Notes under the pieces: model-generated
What the model saw: only the letters and a program-made list of their open reading frames with translations
What the model was told of the DNA's origin: nothing
The model's database searches: none
Position numbers and translations under genes: made by a program
NCBI RefSeq assembly: GCF_009914755.1
Contig: NC_060935.1
Source: the human T2T-CHM13v2.0 reference genome, Homo sapiens
Direction: 5' to 3' (one strand)
Length of the DNA: 64,000 bases
Shown here: in pieces, positions 56,706-64,000 of the stretch
Numbering within the stretch: the first letter of the stretch is position 1
Layout: every line of letters begins with the position of its first letter

Positions 56706-57939
56706 CAAAATGGTGTGTTTCTAAATGGCGATTGTTATTATGCAGCAAAACTACAGAGTGCAAGAATTTTTTTTTTTTTTTTTTAGAACATGGTGTTCAT
56801 TGCAGCACAAAGAACTAGCTAGTTTTTAACATATTGTAAATCTCTCTCCCATTAAATTTTAAGCTTCTAGAAGACAGAAAATATGTCTTTGGGCTTTTTT
56901 TTTTTTTTTTTTTTTTAGCATTGTGGCATCCTTGATCCACAGTAAATGCTCAGTTTTTGTCTGTTTAACTGAACTGAACTGATCATAATTTTTTCTATAT
57001 GTTTTATGTTGGCCTAATAATCCAATAAGTGATTGATGCACAAGGTAATCACTCTTTCAGCCATGTAACCCAGTTACCCATTTATAGTAAGGATCACTGA
57101 TGCTTCAAATCAAGCCCCTCTTTCTTGTTCCCATTAGGTTATTATTTCAATATTAAGTTGTCAATGGCTACTATATTCTAAGTGGACAGTGTGGGGAAAG
57201 AAGAGGAGAAACAATAGGAGAAAGAAAAGATATATTTGTAGTAGAAAGTAAAAAGTCTAGTTGACTTTGGGGAGAGGCTAGGATCCAAACCATCACAACT
57301 TCTATGGTTTCTCAAATAAATGTTGTCAATTAAAACAGGAAGTATGCTTTTATTAATGGCAAATCACTATGAAAATGTTAACTACACAATTCCCCATATT
57401 GAGAAATGTCTCAGCTCAATCATAAAATTTCTCTGTAAGTGCTAAATGATAATATGGACAGACCATCTCCCCTCGGGTGGGAGGGGTTGAAAACAGAGTG
57501 AGTCCTAAGAAATAGACGCATGAGTTGTTCTACAAAAGATTTTTTACTTATTTCTATCGCCAGATCCATGTTCTTTGGTTCAGATATGTGGGGATTCTTT
57601 CAGGAAATGGGTAATTCTGACTCTTACAGAAGATAGAGGTGATTAGAGTAATAGTAGCCAACAGATCACTGAAAAGCCTCAGGAGATTCATAACTAAGAT
57701 TCCACATGGAATAGTGCAGTGATACATACACAAGGTGAGAAGAAAAAATAGTAGACACCTACATCCCGATTTGGCTCCTCTTCCTCTTCCTCAATGTTTA
57801 TAAAGTATCTATTGTGAACAAAATTATTCTGCTTAATACTCAAATGGATTCAGGAACACTGAAAGCCAGAGCTCTGTCCTCTTGAAGTAAATGGAATAGA
57901 GTACCAGTCCATCCAGGTCCAGCTCTTTCAAGCTGGGGT

Positions 57940-58200
57940 AGAATAACACACAGAGAGGCAGGGAACATTGTGAGGAGATTTGGAGTCCTGGAGACCTAAG
58001 CACAAATCATGACGGCTCCAATCACTGTTTGTGCAGCTTTCAGAGAGTTGCTTAATTTCGCAAGTTGTGTTTTGTCATTTCTAACACAGGGATGATAGTA
58101 TCTATTTTCCACTTAGGAATTAGATAATTTAACATACGGGAAGTGCCTGGTGCAGTGACTGACACAAAGTAGGAACTCCCCCAAAATTAACAATAATAAA
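57940..58200 (+). repeat. MIR
   Basis: tttggagtcc...gtgcctggtgcagtg. Confidence 0.5.
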
Positions 58201-58219
58201 AATACATATTCCTTTATCC

Positions 58220-58435
58220 CACTGGTTTCCAACCAGCAGCAATTTTTCCCCCCGGGGACGCCAAGCAACACTTGGAGACATATTTGGTTGTCACAATTGG
58301 AAGAGTACTTACCAGTGACATCTGGAGAATAGAGGCCAGGAATGCTGCTAAACATCCTACAGTGCACAGGCAGGCCCCCAACAATAAAGAATTATCTAGC
58401 CCCAAATGTCAAAAATGCCAAGGTTGAAACACCTG
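58220..58435 (+). mobile_element. MER20 hAT-Charlie MITE
   Basis: ggagacatatttggttgtcacaa...gaggccaggaatgctgctaaacatcctacagtgcacagg...gccaaggttga. Confidence 0.88.
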
Positions 58436-59568
58436 CTTTATTCTCTAGTTTCTGAAATCTAATATCTCATGGTGTAAGACAGTCCAGAAGAACTTAAAGA
58501 GCATATTCTGGTAGCACATGCAGATGTACAGGTACAATATAAGATAAAAAGTAGACATAATCAAATATTTGATGGCCATAGGAGTACACATGGTCCATAT
58601 TGTGGGTCTTGTGAGCTTTCAACATGATGCATTATTTAACACACCCAATAATGTCAAATACTGTAGAGTACTGTCTTCTTTTCACAGTTGAAAAAAACTA
58701 CATTCAAAGAAGTTTATACCTTACTCATGTCATGCATGTACTAAAGGATGGGGCAGAATTTCAACACATATCCTTTTGACAGTAAATCTCATTGTTTTTC
58801 CTCTATTCCATGCTGCCAATATAATTGGCAGAGGGAGTGGGTTCATAACTTTTACTGCAGTTGATTATTAGATGATAGTCGTAGGAAAAAAAGAAAGAGA
58901 CAATTGACCATAGTGTCCCTTAATGCCTCTGTGGAGACCAGTTTGCTTCCTTCCCTTCCTTCTCAACTACCCTGAAGTCTCTTATTTTTCTTCAACCACC
59001 TCAAAACTCCATTTGCATGCCCCATGTGTACCATTCAAATCACATTACTCCTTTGCTGAAGCACCTGCAAGCCCTTTTCCTTCCTGGCAATATGAGCTAC
59101 ATCTAAAGTGTCTACGTTCTTCACTGTTGCAATGATTATATCCCTTGCCTCCCTAAGGCTCCAGTCTCTCTCCTTGTGGTCTTTAAAATTCAATTTAACT
59201 GGGTTAAATTGCCTTTATACTCCTCCGCTTCTCCATACCTACAGTTCCCTCTAATTCTCTCTCTCTCGCTCTGTCCTTTCTCTCATTTCTAGTACTCACT
59301 AACTGAAGTCAATAGATTAGCCTTAATTTATTTTGGGAATAGCACAGTCATAGAAGTTAACATTTATAGAATATATTCATTTTAGCTATCCTGTTACAAC
59401 AGGGAGGTTAACAAAATTGATATCTAATTAAAACTAACAAGCATAGTCTTATTAAAACCAAAACAATAAAGAATGCAGTGAAAATTGCATTACCCATCCT
59501 GTGCACCCTCCTGTAGGAACTACTAGTTACTAAGGCTGTTGTTCAATGCTCTCACATGAGGATCCTGA

Positions 59569-59900
<332 letters not shown>

Positions 59901-60143
59901 TCTCTGGTAGGTTTTAAGGAACAGGAAAGATACCTAGCCCTCCACTGAATGGTTAAAACTGGTGGCACTCCTATAATGTGCTAAGAGTATTTAGGATTAA
60001 AACAAGAACACTGGATATGTTTTCAGTACCGATAAACAATGTAAAAACCTCTATAAAAGATGTAGCATTGTAGAACAATAGGGAAAGAAATACAGGAACC
60101 AAGCAGCATGTGTAGGACTAACTTTAAGAAGTAGGTAAGAATA

Positions 60144-60535
<392 letters not shown>

Positions 60536-61049
60536 TTAAAAGCGTAAAGCCAGAGCTGAGAAACAGACCCACTCTACCCGCAAGAGAGAATCAGAAGAGG
60601 TCCATCTCTTCACTCCACCCCCAGGAGGGCATGTTGCTAAAGCCATTGCTAGTGAAAAAAAAACTAACAGAAATTATGATATCCTGGATTTTCAAAAAGA
60701 CATGATTTATTGATCAGAAGAGCAGGAGGGATATGTTCCAGATTGAAAGCTGAATTTCAAAGATCCAAATTTTGTTTCCAGGTATAGCAAACGCCCAGTT
60801 ACCCAAATGGTGATGAAAGGAACACCCACATTAATTATACAAACTTCAGAGAAGTTTCACTGGCTTGCTTCATTTGATTCCTATCAAAATCCAGTAAGAT
60901 CAGAGGTTCAAATTATCATATTCGCAATTCAGAGAATGTAGAAACTAGGCCCTGAGATGCACAGTGACAGCAGGCAACATGCTAAGGCCATGGGTAGAAC
61001 TTTAACCCAATCTACTATTCTAACAAATCATTTTCATCCTCTTAGACCT

Positions 61050-61751
<702 letters not shown>

Positions 61752-61874
61752 TAAATTTGACTTTTTAAAAAAACTTTACTGTGTAATGCAATTTAGCATA
61801 CTTATAGAGACTTTATTGGACAACAGGTAAGTAAAATTATCCTTATTTTACATATGAGAAAACTGAATATGCCA

Positions 61875-62940
61875 GCTACTATTTTTGCATTGAACACCCA
61901 GAAATGTGGTGATGTAAAGCAACCATTTTATTAAGTTCACAGATTGTTAGTATTGGAATTTTGGATAGGGTATAGAAAGAAAATCTTGTCTGTGCTCCAC
62001 ATTTTCTAGAGCCTCATTTGGGAAGACTCAAAGGCAAGGAATGACTCAGAGGGAAGAATCATCTGGAGGCATGTTCATCAGCATGGCTAGAGGGTGATGT
62101 TGGCTGTCAGCTAGGACCTGAGCAGGTCTGTAGGCTGGATTGCCTCCATGTGCCCCCTCTGTGTGACCTGGCTTCCTCCACAGCAGGGCAGCCTCAGGAG
62201 AGTGGGGCTTTTCACATGCAGTCCAGAGTTTCAGGGATCCACGTAGAAGTTGCATCATTTTTTGTGATCTATCCTTGAAAGTTGCACAGCATCATTTTAT
62301 TACCAAAATGCCAGAGGTTTGGTCTAAGTCCTGCTGTTCACTCCACAGAAAGCCAATCACTGAGACAACAAGTATTGCCAGGGAAGAAGGCTTTAATCAG
62401 GTGCTGCTGTTGAGGATATGGGAGATCAGTCTCAAATTCACTTCCCTAACTGACTACCATTAGGGGTTTCTAAAGCAGGGAAGAAATGTAACCATGTGCG
62501 GGGAAACAGGAATTAGGGAGAGGTAGGGAAGAGGAGTTCACCAACAGAAAGCTGGTGCTTATTTAAGCAGTCATGATGGGTGAGGACTCTGGCATCCCAT
62601 TGTCTAGATGCCATGATCTGGTAAGTTTCACTTCCTTGATACTATCTGGGAAGCCTGATGGTTGGTTTCCTGAGAAAGGAAAAATATAAACTGTGTAACT
62701 TTCTCAAGTTTCAAGACTGAGAGAGTCAATTTCTATGTTTATTCAAAAAAACCATAAACATCAGTTTTGTGGGATAACTGGGCTGGTTTCAACTTCAGCC
62801 ACATTCTGTGGGTTGCAGCAAGTCACAAGACCACCTACCTATAAGAAGAGGTAAAATAGACATCACCTCTTGATGGAGGAGTCAAGGTTTTAGAAAAGCA
62901 CTAGAGATTACAGGTGTTGTTGCAACTATAATTGAAAAAT
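61875..62940 (-). mobile_element. MLT1F-like MaLR LTR split by an ERV1 LTR
   Basis: gatgttggctgtcagctaggacc...cagcatca | cttcagccacattctg...caagtcacaag. Confidence 0.65.
62298..62791 (-). mobile_element. ERV1 solo LTR (MER66-like; subfamily uncertain)
   Basis: ggtttggtctaagtcctgctg...agaaagccaatcactgagac...ctggtttca; interrupts MLT1, near-TSD ATTT/ACTT. Confidence 0.65.
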
Positions 62941-63329
62941 ATAAGATTCCATATGGTGAAAGATAGGGTTTGCCAAAAATTTTACAAAAAAATAAGTGAA
63001 TACACCAGAATAAGAATGCAAAGCTTTGGATTTTTAAAGTTCTGTCCTTCCTTGACCTCCCAGACCTTTTTCTCATGTGTAAAGATGTCAATTAATCTTG
63101 CACATTCATGGGCAGGTACATCTGCAGGTTTGGCCCTGCAGGGATGCAACTGAGGGCAGGGAGGTTGCACTGGAAATGCATCCAAATAAATTCTAGAAAC
63201 TTGCCATGGGAATTTGCTTTGTGTTAGTCTTCCTTCCCCACGTGTCCCTCTCCTCTTTTAATCAAGTCTCAGGGAGGAAAAATACTGATCAAAATTGATC
63301 AGATTCCAGGGCATTGATTTGGCTGGCTC

Positions 63330-64000
63330 CTTTTACAGGTGGATGAAGAACTATGTAAAGCTCCAACTTAGACCTACAGCTCACAAGGCTGCCTTCACAC
63401 TTGTGAAGCCTCCATGATCTCTCTAGCTCATCTCCCCACTTTTGTTCTCATATCCCACAGCCTTTTCCCAACATACCAACCACAATGATCTTTTTGAAGC
63501 CTAGGACAGACAGATGATGTCTTCACTCCTCTACCTTCTGATTCCTATTTCACTTAGACTAAAAGCTAAAGTCTTTACAGTGCCTGACATGATCTAAACA
63601 CCTTTTTTCTTCATCTTCTGTAAGTCTTCCTCTAGCTCATGCTACTCAATCAATACTGATTTCTTTATTAAACATATGATGCAAGAGCTATCATCAGAGC
63701 CCTTGTATTTGCTCTTCTCTCTGCCAGACTCTTTCCCTATATACCCACAAAACCAGCACTTCCTTATGGACTTTGGTCACAAGTCAGCTTCTCAGTGAGG
63801 ACTTTCCTGAGTACATCATTAAAATTTATACCCTCTTTCTGCAGTTTTCATCCCTGCTTCCTGCTTCTTTTATCTCCACAGCATTTGCCCCCATCCAACC
63901 AATTTTATATTTAAATGATCTATTTGTTTTATTGTGTTTCTTCTGCCATCCCCATGCAGACACTAGATTATAAGCTTCTGAGAACAAGATTTATTTTGTC
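63330..64000 (+). repeat. L2 fragments
   Basis: aaagctaaagtctttacagtg...ctcagtgaggactttcctga...ctagattataagcttctgagaacaag. Confidence 0.7.

Noticed and set aside
56768-56916. Two long poly(T) runs, possible retrocopy tails
   Set aside because: No TSD or recognisable source RNA; they sit among L2 remnants.

Overview
Primate (human-like), AT-rich, repeat-dense genomic DNA with no recognisable cellular protein-coding exon, RNA gene or CpG-island promoter; it reads as intergenic or deep intronic sequence. All long ORFs with recognisable homology are retroelement-derived. Main components: (1) an internally deleted HERV-L provirus (MLT2A LTRs, 454-3448, TSD CCATG) inside an MLT1 LTR; (2) a full-length, decayed L1PA15/16-type LINE (9123-17630, 12-bp TSD) inside an older L1 fragment, carrying nested AluJ, MER4, THE1D (itself holding an AluS) and MLT2A2 insertions; (3) a young full-length L1PA2-like LINE on the minus strand (44013-50045) with intact ORF1, broken ORF2 and an extended ORF0; (4) many Alu, MIR, L2, MaLR and DNA-transposon fossils. 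Non-repeat stretches hold candidate regulatory motifs (twin GATA palindromes, CTCF-like plus RFX X-box, NF-kB/RUNX, a perfect (GGGT)4). I found no convincing new biological system. The best leads are mechanistic or regulatory: a palindromic L1 target site, a 20-bp twin-priming inversion, and a possibly DUX4-responsive LTR with a new splice donor. Repeat subfamily names come from recalled consensus sequences, not a database search, and boundaries of old repeats are approximate.
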